64,000 nt of DNA from Octopus sinensis (GCF_006345805.1 NC_043002.1:8618001-8682000), one strand, 5' to 3'; positions 27,682 through 41,490 are shown, numbered from the stretch's first letter. Made by a program: numbers and translations. The notes: a model not told the origin generated them from the letters alone.

Positions 27682-28084
27682 TTAAAACTTTACTTCTTTA
27701 TTCCCTCAGTGCTTAATAAAAGCAGGCTAATTTATTAACGGACATAATACTACAAATATAGTTCTTGATATCCTGAACTAATTCCATCTAACTGCTTGAT
27801 GAAGTTTTTCTTTCTTTTTTTTTCTTCTTTTATTTGTTTCAGTTTTTTGATTGCGGCCATGCTGGAGCACTGCCTTCATTGTTAACTCTTTGGAAAGAGA
27901 AACTGGGATACTGGTAAATTCCAAGCTTTGTAACTTGGGTTTTGAAGGAAATTTATTTAACCCTTGAAAGATATTTGCAGATAACATAATCCCTCCGTTT
28001 TTTATCTGGTCAAATATGAAAAGAAAAGAAACCAAAAAACTGTAAGATTAAACATAAAATAGCTTGGTTATCTATAAAGTTAAT

Positions 28085-28265
28085 CCAAACATGAAAACAC
28101 AAAGAGAAAACACAACAACGCGAGGACGTGAAAGAAGTATAGTGTTATTGGACGCTCAGGAAAGAAGGAGGGTTTAATGTTTCGAGCGGAGCTCTTTGTC
28201 AGAAACATAGGAAAAGGAAAAATCTAAGGAAGGGAAGATGGAGAAAAAAAAAAAAAAAAAAAAAT
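28085..28265 (-). repeat. Probable Penelope-associated terminal repeat with degenerate hammerhead-like motif
   Basis: Minus strand ctgacaaagagctccgctcgaaac...gagcgtc. Confidence 0.4.
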
Positions 28266-28899
28266 CGCCAACAGTACACACACGGTTACATTTTGAATTT
28301 TGGTTATCTATATCTATATAACAGAGTGATTGGCTCCACAGTCTCCAAGAAGACACAAAGAGATGTGATATTCATCACTGCTTTTTCCCCAGAAGCACTA
28401 ATGACAAAAGCAGCAGCAGCAGCTAAAATTGGAAACTATAAATGGATTACAGACTTGTTTTTCTTTGATCTCACAGCTACTTAATTACTCAACAGAATCA
28501 ACATATATACAATTTAAAATCAAAGTACCACAATACAAGATGAACGAATGGTATAGTCATACATTGTTAATTGCTTTAAAGATACTTCACCAAACAAGAT
28601 AAATTGCAAGCTCTTGAAGTTTCAAAGAAATAATCATTTTATGAAATTCTTCTTTAATGTTGATTAGTACCTTCAGAAGAAATAGGCTTCTAACAATCTA
28701 ATTCTACATATCTACGAGCTAGAAGTGTTTAATATTTATTCATTAGCAATGTAATTAACCATAAATTAGTTAATTAAGCAGATGTATAAGACAGTCAACT
28801 ACAATTTTAGATTTGCACTCAGTTCAAGAATTTGTCATAGAATCAAAAGTTCCTACATTTGTGAGCCGTTTCTTTTAAATTTCTTTGAAGCTATGTTTT

Positions 28900-29576
28900 A
28901 GTGACTGTCATGTGTGGGAAAGGAACTGAGGTTCACCTACCTTCCTCTCTCATCTTTGCCTGTCTAGTAGTAGTCTCTCCAGAGATCCTGCCCTACCCCT
29001 GTCACCCAGTATAAGCAGCTGCTATCTGACCAACCCAGGAGCAAATTCCCTGACATCCGTTCACGATGCCTCAAGCAGGCAAGAAGAGGCTGACCCTCAC
29101 CCTTGTCACCCCTCTTACCCTCTTGTACCTCCTCTTCTGGTCAGTCCCTTGACCATTGACGTCATGACCCTCTTCTTCTGGCTCATCCTCATATGCCCCA
29201 CCGATCTCAAAGATCACCTCCCCACTTCACTCCATGTCGAAATCTACCACCCACCCAGGTGGGCACCTTGCACCTTGTGATCTTCTTAAGCTAGGAACCT
29301 TATTCTCTTCCTCCTCTCCACAATCATCATCCTATGAAGCGACAATCCTAAGAACATCCAAGACATGATGCGGCATTCCATCCACAGAAATGTTGTTTTG
29401 GAATTCACAGCTCTCACCATTCCTCTGTTCCACTGAGTTGTGCTGCATGCCTTTGGTAGCTTCACCCAGACTCCATCTCCCACCTCCATGAAGACGGGGC
29501 CTCTCTCTTCTACAGGGCATCTTGATGGTTTACTAGGATGCCACCATTCATATTTGAATATTGCTCTATATGACAC
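28900..29576 (-). mobile_element. Gypsy LTR retrotransposon pol C-terminal remnant and 3' region
   Basis: EVGDGVWVKLPKACSTTQWNRGMVRAVNS and NNISVDGMPHHVLDVLRIV in adjacent frames. Confidence 0.6.
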
Positions 29577-29619
29577 AGACGCTTCAGCCTGTCCTGATCG
29601 GAGTAACAGTAACTTCTAC

Positions 29620-29830
29620 TATAGTCTTGGGCTGACCAAAGCCTTGGGAGTAGATTTGGTAGATGGAAACTGAAAGAAGCCTGTCATATCTATGTGGGTG
29701 TTTTTGTGTCTGTGTTTGTCCTCCACCACCACTAAATAACTGGTGTTGGCAAATTTAAGTCTCCATAACTTAAAGACCAATAGAATAAGTACCAGGCTTA
29801 AAAGAAATATTAGGGTCCATTCATTCAATG
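29620..29830 (+). mobile_element. SINE family 1, partial
   Basis: Middle and 3' part, diverged. Confidence 0.75.
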
Positions 29831-30020
29831 TGTGTTTGTACCACGCATGAAGTATGAAACAAGGATGACTAATTAGTGATTTTTAATTTATCCTGTTAAT
29901 ATGTTGTTTATTTTATGATGTGTCCCTGGTTAACTTTCACTAAAAACAGCAATAATATGTTTCGTTTTTGGATTTGGTTTGCAAAACTCTTTATATGAGT
30001 TCGTATGTTGAAGCATATTC

Positions 30021-30253
30021 TATTGTGTCTGGGGAGAGTAATTTTCTTTTTGTGCCTTATTATTTAACACACTCACCGGTAAAATTTCCATGTTTTTCTT
30101 ATTTTTATTGTTCTAGAGTCAAAACTATTGAAAAGGTTGCAAGATGCAACAAAAATTTTAGGACAATAAAAATAAGAAAAACGTGGAAATTTTACTGGTG
30201 AGTGTGTTATATTATAAGGCACAAAAAGAAAATGACTCTCCCCACACACAATA
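30021..30253. mobile_element. Foldback MITE with ~95-bp inverted arms
   Basis: tattgtgtctggggagag...ttgttcta pairs with taggacaa...ctctccccacacacaata; short spacer. Confidence 0.85.
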
Positions 30254-30612
30254 GCAATAAATATGGTTCAGTAAGATACAATCTATCTTTTGCTATTGTA
30301 ACTAAGTGGTTGGCAGGTATTTAAAAGACCATCTTGCCATTAAACACTGGCTTCATGTGATCATTACTCCAGTCTTAGCCAAGTGGTTTTTGGGTTTCTC
30401 TGTTATTTTCAGAACTTTCTCTCTCTCTCTGCGTGTGTGTGTGTTCATTCATTCTTTCACTCACCCACTCAGTTATTCACCAGGGAACATGTCCCTCCAT
30501 CTGGAAGGTTCTCTCTTGATTAAGCCTGGTGCCATTTAGTACTGGCCTTGGTTTCAAACATTTGCCTCACTTGTAACAATAGGCTCACAAATGCAAATAC
30601 TGTATTTGTTCA

Positions 30613-31020
30613 TATCATCATCATCATTTAACGTCCGTTTTCCATGCTAGCATGGGTTGGACAGTTTGACCGAGGTCTGGGAAGCCAGTAGACTGCACCA
30701 GGCTTTAGTCTGATCTGGCAGTGTTTCTACAGCTGGATGCCCTTCCTAATGCCAACCACTCTGTGAGTGTAGTGGATGTTTTTTACGTGCCACTGGCACA
30801 GGGGCCAGACGAGGCTGGCAAATGGCCACAATCGGTTGGTGCTTTTACATGTCACCAACTCAGACGCCAGTCAGGTGGCGCTGGCATCTGCCACGTTTGG
30901 ACGGTGCTTTTTACGTGTCACCAGCATGGGTGTCTTAACTACAATTTCCATTTGAATTTTTATTTTGATGTTGATGTACTTGACTGTGCTAACCTTGGAT
31001 CGTAGAGTGACCCGCTGTTC
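30613..31020 (-). mobile_element. RTE 3' UTR copy
   Basis: Shared 3' end plus 3 modules. Confidence 0.85.
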
Positions 31021-31753
31021 TTGAGGTTCATATATAATATACATTTCTTTTTTTCATGAAAGAACATGATCATGTGATTTTCCCAATACTAATTTTACTG
31101 TTGATGCACTTTTAAGGCATACACCAGTAAAGTTCAAAGACCACTTAAGAATTTGTTTTTGTTTTGTTTAAGATTTGTGAACTTTATTGATAAATTTTTT
31201 ACAGTAATTATAATTCATCTGATTAAATACACCTCTTTCTATATATTGTAAATCTAAAGTATATATATTGTAAATCTATTGTATTGTATAATATTCTATT
31301 TAACTGTTAATAGTTGCTATGTGCAAAAATTATATGTTGTGAATTTTTTCCATGATAAAATTATATATATATCTGCTTTTCTGGTATTTCATTGCCCAAA
31401 ATTATAGGTGTACCAAACAAATATGGTAATTTTAAAAAGTGTTATGTAAATAAATGACAAATTAGATACAAGTGTGAAACTATTTTTTTGTCTTCCATTT
31501 CTTACAATAAAAACAAGTACAAATGTGTATTTTTATATATGCTCTTTACCATTTCAATACAGTATTGTAAAGAACACCTGTTTATCATGTTTTGCATAGA
31601 AAATAGCATGAGTCAGTCACTCAATTAAAAAAAAGCAACCCAATGAGAGAAAAAAAAACAACATTCAAAAGAATAAAAGCAGCCTAGAAGAATCAAGGAA
31701 GAGACTCTTCAACATATATTTCTTAAGTTTTTGGGGGTTTGTTTTTACATTAA

Positions 31754-31975
31754 CCCTTTCATTACCAACCTGGCTGAAACTGGCTCTGGCTCTGTAGTAC
31801 AAATGTCTTTTTTTCCTAAGTTTTGAATTAAAATCTTCCACCAAACCTTAGTCACAATTTATGTTCTTAACACTAGCTTAATGATAACTAAGTTACTTTA
31901 CTAAATTCTTTGTTATATTTAAAATTAATTGAAAGAAACAGAGAGCTTCTCAAAATAAATACGGTAACGAAAGAG
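31754..31975. mobile_element. piggyBac-like MITE, family B
   Basis: ttaa|ccctttcattacc ... ggtaacgaaagag|ttaa. Confidence 0.8.
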
Positions 31976-32389
31976 TTAAGGATGAAATGCTGAGCAAGTT
32001 CAACATTTCAGATAGTGTCCTTCATCAAAGAAAAAGAGAGAAGAAAAAAGGAAAGAAAGATAATTCCAAGGAATTATGATGTTGTGAGAACAGTCTTTGT
32101 GTAAATTATAATATGGCATTAGCCTGGAAATGATATGTTGAAACAGATATTGTTAGAGTGTTTGGTAAAATCATGTTTATTTGTAAATTTTCCTATAGAC
32201 TGGTAATTATTTACTATTTTTTCCTTTTTTTCTACTTTTTTTCCTTCTTTTTTTCTTTTTTTTTCTACTTTTTTTCCTTTTTTTCTATTTTTTTTTCTAC
32301 TTTTTTTTTAGTCAGGAGAAGGATGGGCACTGTCCATGACCTTTTTATTGTGTTTTTAGAGCCTTTGGTGCAGGCATGCTTGTAAGTGC

Positions 32390-32790
32390 ATACAAATGTG
32401 TGTGTGTGAGGGCATGTGGTTGTGTGTGTATGCGTGTGTGTGCACATATGTGCGTAGGGGTGAGAGATGAGATGACAAGTGTGTTGATGATGCTGTGTGT
32501 GCGTATGTGTTTGAGTATGTGCACATGAGTGTGTGTGTGTACAGGCATATGTGTATGTACATGTGTGTATGAGTGTGTGTGAGGATGTGTGTGTGGCTGT
32601 GTGCATGTATGTGTATGTGAGGATGTGTGTGGAGCATGTGTGTATGGGTGCATGTGTATATATATATACACGTGTGTGTGTATGTGTGTGTATGTATGTT
32701 AACACATGTGCATGTGTGTATGGGGGAGGGTTCTTTTTGTCCATGCTAGAATATGTAAACATGTGTGTGTGTGTGTGTGTTCAGTAGGTA
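32390..32790. repeat. Degenerate TG-rich low-complexity tract
   Basis: Interrupted (TG)n/(TATG)n. Confidence 0.9.
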
Positions 32791-33086
32791 TGCATGTATT
32801 ATGTGGGGATTGAACTATGTATGTGGGTGTGAGTGAGATGAATAAAAAATTTAAATAAAAAATTTAAAATAAATTTTTAGAAAGGTGTGTGGAAGATGAC
32901 CCTGGGAGGAGGGGGTGGTGTTTAGTCCAAATGGAGTTTGGGTTAGGAGAGTGAACATGTAGCACTGCTCAAGGCGAAGTCTGGTGTTGGTGGATCCTTG
33001 GTGCAAAGCCAACTGAGGACAGTGAGGTGGAGTGGCTGGCAGAGCAAAAATGACCAGCAACAGAGGTATGTGTGTGTGTTTGTGCA

Positions 33087-33138
<52 letters not shown>

Positions 33139-33181
33139 TACATACACACACACATATATACAGGTAAATATATATATATAA

Positions 33182-33597
33182 CATCATCATCATCATCGTT
33201 TAACGTCCGCTCTCCATGCTAGCATGGGTTGGACGGTTCAACTGGGGTCTGTGAAACCAGTAGGCTGCATCAGGCCCAGTCTGATCTGACAGTATTTCTA
33301 CAGCTGGATGCCCTTCCTAATGCCATCCACTCCATAAGTGTAGTGGGTGCTTTTTACGTGCCACCGGCACGTATATATATATATATATATTCTTTTATGT
33401 ATTTCAACACTAAGGCTGTGGCCATTTGTGTGTATGTATATATATATATATATCATCATCATCATTGTTTAACGTCCGTTCTCCATGCTAGCATGGGTTG
33501 GACGGTTCAACCGTGGATCTGGGAAGCCAGAAGGCTGCACCAGGCTCCAGTCTTATCTGGCAATGTTTCTACAGCTGGATGCCCTTCCTAACGCCAA
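33182..33597 (-). mobile_element. Two RTE 3' end copies separated by (AT)n-rich DNA
   Basis: 33182-33370 and 33452-33597. Confidence 0.85.
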
Positions 33598-33731
33598 TAT
33601 ACATTAAACTATGGTTTTTAAATTACCCACTACTGTATACCTTATAACAAAGACCATACATACTGAAGTAATTACCAGGGGTACCTCTGGGTACATCTAT
33701 CCCTTAGATGGTTTTCATTCATCTAACTTGT

Positions 33732-33806
<75 letters not shown>

Positions 33807-34065
33807 GGGTATTGGTTACTTTCACTAAACAGACCCTTTCTTTTTTAAACAGCTACAATTTTGACTTTGACGTATTTTTAGGTTATGTAGTTTTAGGGTA
33901 AAGATAAGAAATTCTTCATATCTTCCATGATTTAGTATTTTAACTGTTTGTCATCATACACTTGTTTTTAAATAATAGGTCTGAACCAACAGACTCATAC
34001 ATTGATTAAAATAAAATAAGATTAATATAAATTACTATAATGATTTTTTTTATTAGAATTGGTGC

Positions 34066-34265
34066 AGGTATGGCTGTGTGGTAAGAAGCTTGCTTCCCTA
34101 TCACATGGATCCGAGTTCAGTCTCACTGCATGACACTTTGGGTGTCTTCTACAATAGCCTCAGGCTGACCAAAGCCTTGTGAGTGGATTTGATAGACAGA
34201 AACTGAACCCTTCAAGGTGGTGCTCCACCATGGCCACAATCAAATAGCTGAAGCAAGTAAAAGAA
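34066..34265 (+). mobile_element. SINE family 1, internally deleted
   Basis: Head joined directly to the 3' end. Confidence 0.8.
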
Positions 34266-34369
34266 TATTGTAAGAAGTTCATTTATCATTATGAAGCTTT
34301 CAAATTAGCTGCTTTATATAAATTGGGAATCTTTTTGGTTTTCTTTCCTTTGGAGTTTTTCTGCATTTT

Positions 34370-34712
34370 ATAGTGTCCCACATGTCTAACACCCGTGGAC
34401 ATGTTTACAAAGTCAGAAAACAGCACAGTTCCCATGACTTTCGGAAACATTTTTTCATGCTAAGAGTTGCTGAAGCATGGAACAGACTGCTGGCATCAGT
34501 TCTTTGTTGTCGGAGCACTGCATCCTTCAAAACTTCCATGCTTCCTGAGATTCGCCAACACTACACCTGATTTTCTCCCCTCCATACACACGCAAGCATG
34601 TATCTGACTCATACACTGTTCACCCTCCAGACATTTGTACATTACTGCATATACTTTATACGCACTTTTGACAAGTTGTGGTGCACCTGAGCACTGTATA
34701 CAATAATTTCAT
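34370..34712 (+). mobile_element. CR1-clade LINE 3' end
   Basis: NTRGHVYKVRKQHSSHDFRKHFFMLRVAEAWNRL matches the TRGH..RK.FF..RV...WN.L end of CR1 ORF2; 3' UTR follows. Confidence 0.85.
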
Positions 34713-35356
34713 TGCATCATATTATTATGGATAGGGGCCCCGTACCGGATAATGTCAGCTGGAGCCAGCTGAGCTCGGGGACTCATGTCAGGCAGGGTTG
34801 TCACTCTCTGAAGTAGTGAAGAAAATCTCTACCCACTACCTATACAAAATGAATTAAAAATAATATCTGTCACTAATTACTCTTACATTTCCTAAAAGTC
34901 TAATTAATTTCAAACTGAAAGTTATCACAAAGATAACTACTTCCAATTTTTAATAAGAAAATCTATTTTAACAAAAGTATTTCTTTAATTATTTTTTTTT
35001 TATCTAAACTAATTAAAAATAAATAACAAGGTGTACAGAAGTTGAGGTGGAGAAAGACAAAAGAAGACAAAAGAAGACAAACAAAAATTAAGGAAAAGAA
35101 ACAAAACATATTGGTATTATAAGGAAATAAATCAATGCCAAAAACTAGAATTTTGATATTTCCACCTGAGGACATTTTAGTTTTTTTGTTTTTTTTTTAA
35201 ATATTTAAAAATAAATCCTTGATTTGAAGTAGAAAAATACAAGAAATAATGACTTCTTCATGATGTTTTTTTCTCCAGAAACTTATGAAATGAAACACTT
35301 GAAAAGATTCCAAATTGTTGAGGAGTAATGATAAAGTTGAAAATCATCTCAGAATT

Positions 35357-35925
35357 CATCATCATCATCATCATTTAACGTCCGCCTTCCATGCTAGCAT
35401 GGGTTGGACGGTTCAACTGGGGTCTGGGGAGCCCGAAGGCTGCACCAGGCCAGTCAGATCTGGCAGAACAAAATGACAAACGTATTAGTGACAGATATTT
35501 TTGCTTGTGTGGGGTCTTTTTTGTCTTTTTTAAGTACAGGGATCAAACAAGCATCTATGTCATCATCATCATCATCGTTTAACATCCGTTCTCCATGCTA
35601 GCATGGGTTGGACGGTTCGACCGGGGATCTGGGAAGCCAGAAGGCTGCACCAGACTCCAGTCTTATCTGGCAATGTTTCTACAGCTGGATGCCCTTCCTA
35701 ACGCCAACCACTCCGTGAGTGTAGTGGGTGCTTTTTACGTGCCACCTGCACAGGTGCCAGGCGAGGCTGGCAACGGCCACGGTCGGATTGGTGTATTTTA
35801 TGTGCCACCGGCACGGAAGCCAGTCGAGGCGGTGCTGGCATCGGCCACGAGTCGGATAGTGCTTTTTACGTACCACCAGACCAGGGATCCTGGCTGGTTC
35901 AATTCAATTTCGATTGAAATCGAAT
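35357..35925 (-). mobile_element. Two RTE 3' end copies
   Basis: 35357-35467 (short) and 35559-35925. Confidence 0.85.
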
Positions 35926-36385
35926 TGTCTGTGTGCATATAAATATATCTAGCCACGCATGTATGCATTACAGAGAGAAAGACTCTATAAGTAAAACAGC
36001 TTTTGTGTGTGTGTGTGTGTGTGTGTGTACACGTGCATGTGTGCATATATACACACACAAAAAATTTTAATATTTTGAGCACTACATAAAGAATCATAGT
36101 ACACGATCAGAATGTCAAACAAATTAATGAGATATAAAGAAAAAAAAGAAAGAAAAACCATAAAATGAAGAAAAAAAAAGAACAAATATTTGCAGAGAAA
36201 CAAGGAATTTGACTTGGAAAGTACTTTAAAGCTATTACATTACCATAGTAAGCATACTTCCCAGTGCCTGAAGGACAGAAACAAAACACAGATCTTTCAC
36301 CATTTCCTAACAAAGCTATCAGTGAAAATCTGAGACTAAAATCTAACAACTATTCCAGTCATAAGCATTTATAAAAGATAATATG

Positions 36386-36765
36386 CTCTTTTACTTGTTT
36401 CAGTCATTTGACGGCAGCCATGCTGGAGCACCGCCTTTTAGTTGAGTAAATTGACCACAGGACTTATTCTTGTAAGCCTAGTACTTATTCTATCAGTCTC
36501 TTTTGCTGAACCACTAAGTTACGGGGACGTAAACACACCACCGTCGGTTGTCAAGCAATGCTAAGGGGACAAACACAAACACATATACATATACATATAT
36601 ACAACGGGCTTCTTCCAGTTTCCGTCTACCAAATCCACTCACAAGGCTTTGGTTGGCCCGAGGCTATAGTAAAAGACACTTGCCAAAGGTGCTACGCAGT
36701 GGGAATGAACCTGGAACCATGTGGTTGGTAAGCAAGCTACTTACCACACAGCCACTCCTGCGCCT
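36386..36765 (-). mobile_element. SINE family 1
   Basis: Reverse complement, full length. Confidence 0.9.
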
Positions 36766-36834
36766 ATTAATTTTGAAGTATATTAATTTTATATATATAT
36801 CATATAGTGTTATCTGTAAATATCCATACACATA

Positions 36835-37322
<488 letters not shown>

Positions 37323-37682
37323 AGAAATCCACTCGCAAGGCTTTGATTGGATCAGGGTCAGAATAGAAGACACCTGGACAAGGTACCATGCAGTGGGACT
37401 GAACTCAATACCGTGTGGTTGGGAGGGAAATTTTTTAACTACACAGCCATGTCTGACATTGCACAACAGTTTTAAGTGAGATCACCATCATACAAATGTG
37501 CTTTCTGTTTTCAATCTTCCATAAACACATCATGCATACCAATGGGTAAATATCAATTTAGTTTGAAACAGGTGAGGTGACAGGTAGAAAATCTGCCTTG
37601 ATGAATTCTGTCTGACCCATGCAAGCATAGAAAAGTGCATATCAAAACGATGATAATGATGATAATTATATACATATATATA

Positions 37683-37913
37683 TTTCTTTACTACCCACAA
37701 GGGGCTAAACACAGAGGGGACAAACAAGGACTGACAAAGGGATTAAGTCGATTATATCAACCCCAGTGTGAAACTGGTACTTTATTTATCAACCCCGAGA
37801 GGATGAAAGGCAAAGTCGACCTCGGCGGAATTTGAACTCAGAACGTAATGGCAGACAAAATACCGCTGAGCATTTCACCTGGCATGCTAACGATTCTACT
37901 AGCTCACTGCCTT
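37683..37913 (-). mobile_element. SINE family 2, full length
   Basis: Head aaggcagtgagct..gagttcaaattccgccgaggtcgactttgcctttcatcc. Confidence 0.9.
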
Positions 37914-37939
37914 GATGTGGTGTGTATATATATATATAT

Positions 37940-38088
37940 ATTTAGGAAGGGCATCCAGCTGTAGAAACTCTACCAAATCAAGACTGGAGCCTGGTGCAGC
38001 CATCTGGTTCACCAGCTCTCAGTCAAAATCGTCCAACCCATGCTAGCATGGAAAGCGGACGTTAAACGATGATAATGATGATGATGAT
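37940..38088 (+). mobile_element. RTE 3' end
   Basis: aggaagggcatccagctgtagaaac...ggacgttaaacgatgat. Confidence 0.85.
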
Positions 38089-38582
38089 ACACATACAACA
38101 GCCTTATGATTAAAGACACTCCAGATGCAATCACCCTGTCATTTTCCTCATTGTAGTGCATCCAGGAATACATTAAGATGGTAAAAGCTGAAGGAAATTT
38201 GGCTGCTATTTCCTGTAGTTTGGATGACTGCACATAAGCTCCTACATATATTGTTATCTCCCACTCACACCCTCTTTCACTTTCATTCTGGTAACACTCC
38301 TCACTCTCTCCATCTTTCTCATAAGCTTCATCCTGTCATCTGATGTTTTCTTCATGGAAGGAGGAAATAAAAATGTGCATCACAGAAACAAAAATAAATT
38401 GATATGTCCTTCAAAAGTGGGGGAACAACATACGAAAACAAACTCAGCCAATCCTAAACAACTTGTCTTCCATGATGGTATAAATTTCAAACCATTGAAT
38501 ACAAGAGTTTACTGTGATTTGCACACGATTTGTTTACAAAAATTACAGAACAAAATCAAGTGTGGCCCGTCTGGTTGACAAC

Positions 38583-38730
38583 CATAATAATAATAATAAT
38601 AATAATATAATAATAATAATAACAATAATAATAACAATAACAATAATAACAACAATAATAACAACAATAATAACAACAATAATAATAACAATAATAATAA
38701 CAATAATGATAATAATAATAATAATAATAA
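38583..38730. repeat. (AAT)n/(AAC) microsatellite
   Basis: Direct reading. Confidence 0.95.
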
Positions 38731-39450
38731 TGTCACAGAAAACGAGAAAGCAACCATCTCTGGGAATGCCAATACACACAGATAGAGAAATTAAGGCCAA
38801 CAGGCCAGATATAGTTATCAGAGATCATGAAGGAAAAAATGCTTTTTAATTGATGTATCAATACCAGCAGATGACAATAAATGGAGAAACTTTCAAAATA
38901 CAAAGACCTGGAAATAGAGGTAACCAGAATGTGGAATCTAAAAACAGAAACAATCCCTATCATAGTAGGTGCATTAGGCATGATAAAAAAATATTCAGAC
39001 AAATACATAAGAAAACATGATACAATCATCAAGTTGAAAGATGAAGCTGGAAACACACAGTACAATCCTCAAGTTGAAAGAGAAATAGAGTTGGAGAAAT
39101 GTAAGATTTTGTGGGACTTTTCTATCCAAATGGATAAGAAGTTACAAAATAATAGACCAGGCATAAGAATTATAGATAAGGAAAAGCAAAGTTGCTTACA
39201 AATCAACCCATTGTGCCTGTTTGATTCCAGGATTGTAAAGAAAGAGAGCAAAACCAAAAAAATATCATCTCTTAAAATTTGAAATAGGAAGAATTTGGAG
39301 TATGGAAACTGGAAAGTCCGAGCTTATAATAATTGGTGTATTGAGAAGAGTAAGCAAAGATATAGACAAATAGCTGAAGGAAATTGGAATAGAATGCCCT
39401 ATAGAGCTTGTATGGTGAGTGGCCATAAAATCAGGTAAAACTCTCAGATT
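38730..39450 (+). mobile_element. Two tandem restriction-like endonuclease fragments of R4/Dong-type non-LTR retrotransposons
   Basis: MPIHTDREIKANRPDIVIRD..LIDVSIP..KYKDLEIEVTRMWNLK..PIIVGALG, then KHDTII..KILWDFSIQMDKKLQNNRPGIRIIDK; frameshifts. Confidence 0.85.
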
Positions 39451-40499
39451 TATGGTTTCACATAGACAATACCTTCCCCCTCTAACTGAAAACCACGAAG
39501 TGGTTAGTATGGAGCATAGTGTTATATACTGGATGTGTTGTATTCTCTCCACAGTCCAGTATGGTTAAAATATTGAATAAATTAGTCTTGAAGAAGATGG
39601 GATCATGGTTTGATTGCTGAAGGAACAATGAAAATTTGACACAGGTGATATATTTTGGTACATTCAGCAGTACTCAATTTTTGTCAGAGAAGCAAAATTC
39701 TCCAAGAATGTAGGTGATATGATATCTGGTTTACTGAGGATGAAGAACCATTTGAAGAAGGAACTGGAAAATGGAAATGATATTTTAAATGAGAGTAGTA
39801 GCACTTATGCTGAATGGTTTCAAAGAATTTTAATGAATAGATATTTGAATGGTTCCCCATCAATAAAAAAAAAACAGACTTTCACAGAAAATTACACTAA
39901 GCTGGATAGAATTTGCAAACATTCCAGCTAAAATTTGTGAACTTGGTAATATAAGAAATTACTGAACTGTTTAGTAGCCCTAATTGTCAAAATATATTTG
40001 CACATAACTAGTCTAAATTTAAAACATATGGCTGTACTATTGGACAATTTCAAAGAAGTAGCAGAATTAATTTAGCCTTGGGGTATGATGTTACATTGAA
40101 ACTCATAACCACAAACATACTTCAACATATAATTGTCAGAAGAATTTTCTTCTTTCCATGTACCCTATCTATCTCCACTATCACACTATAACCCCCTATT
40201 TATATTCCATTCCAGAACTTTACAATCTGTCAATAAGACCTTTCCAAAAATAAACAGACTCATGCTATAGCTTAACGTGAAGGTTTACTTACTTCTAGTA
40301 TAAAGGATCTAATTCTCTGCATTTCCAAACTGTTACTGTTAACTATTTTCCCAAATATTTCAGAAACCTTATGCTGAATATCCAAATATTTCCTTTGCTG
40401 AAAGACCTGTTCCACTGTTGCAATTGTACTTCAATTAGAAGTCAATAATTTAAATTGGTTCAATATCAAATACAGTTCAATAGATGAAAAAATATTTAA

Positions 40500-40886
40500 C
40501 TTCAAATCAAAGTAGATTCAATTTGAAGTTGAAAGCTAATTTCAAATGGAAATTGTAGTTGTGATCCCTGTGCTGGTGGCATGTAAAAAGCACCATCCAA
40601 ACGTGGCTGATGCCAGCGCTGCCTTGACTGGCTTCTGTGTCGGTGACACATAAAAAGCAGCAACCGATCATGGCCGCTGCCAGCCTCCCCTGCCACCTGT
40701 GCCAGTGGCATGTAAAAAGCACCCACTACATCCGTGGAGTGGTTGGCGTTAGGAAGGGCATCCAGCTGTAGAAACACTGTCAGATCAAGACTGGAGCCTG
40801 GTGCAGCCTCCTGGCTTCCCAGACCCCGGTCAAACCATCCAACCCATACTAGCACGGAAAGCGGACGTTAAATGATGATGATGATG
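40500..40886 (+). mobile_element. RTE 3' UTR copy
   Basis: Modules, shared 3' end, tail. Confidence 0.85.
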
Positions 40887-40994
40887 TTGTTGTTTGGTCC
40901 CAGCTCAGTCAAATGATTAAAGACCAATAATCAAGAATGTTCTAGTTGTGATTACCCTGTCATTTTTCATATAACCAAAACTTCATTACCAAAT

Positions 40995-41158
40995 ATATAC
41001 TGCAGGCATAAGCATAGCTGTGTGGTAAAGTTCGCTCCCAACATCATGGTTCTGGGTTCAGTCCCACTATGTGGCACCTTGGGCAAGTGATTTCTACTAT
41101 AACCCTGGACCAGCCAAACCTTTGTAAGTGAATTTGGTAGATGGAAACTGAAAGAGGC

Positions 41159-41207
<49 letters not shown>

Positions 41208-41490
41208 CGTGTATGTGAGAGAGAGAGAGAGAGAGTGCATGTGTGTGTTACTGTCTCATTTACCTTCACATCATGTGATAATTGTAAATGAGAGTTTCTA
41301 TCATGCAAGCAGTGTCCTTGCATGATAATATTACCTGAAAACATGTCTGGTCATGGGGAAATATTACCATGCTTCAAGACAGATGAGGGTTTGTAACAGT
41401 AAGGGCATCTGGCTGTTGAAAATCTGCCTCAACAAATTCTGTCTGGGCCATGAAAAGCATGGAAAAATGGACATCAAAACAGTGATTATG
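40995..41490 (+). mobile_element. SINE with family-1-like head, (GT)n centre and RTE-like 3' tail
   Basis: gctgtgtggtaaag..ggttcagtccc head, then (gt)n, ending agggcatctggctgttgaaa..gcatggaaaaatggacatcaaaac. Confidence 0.65.
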
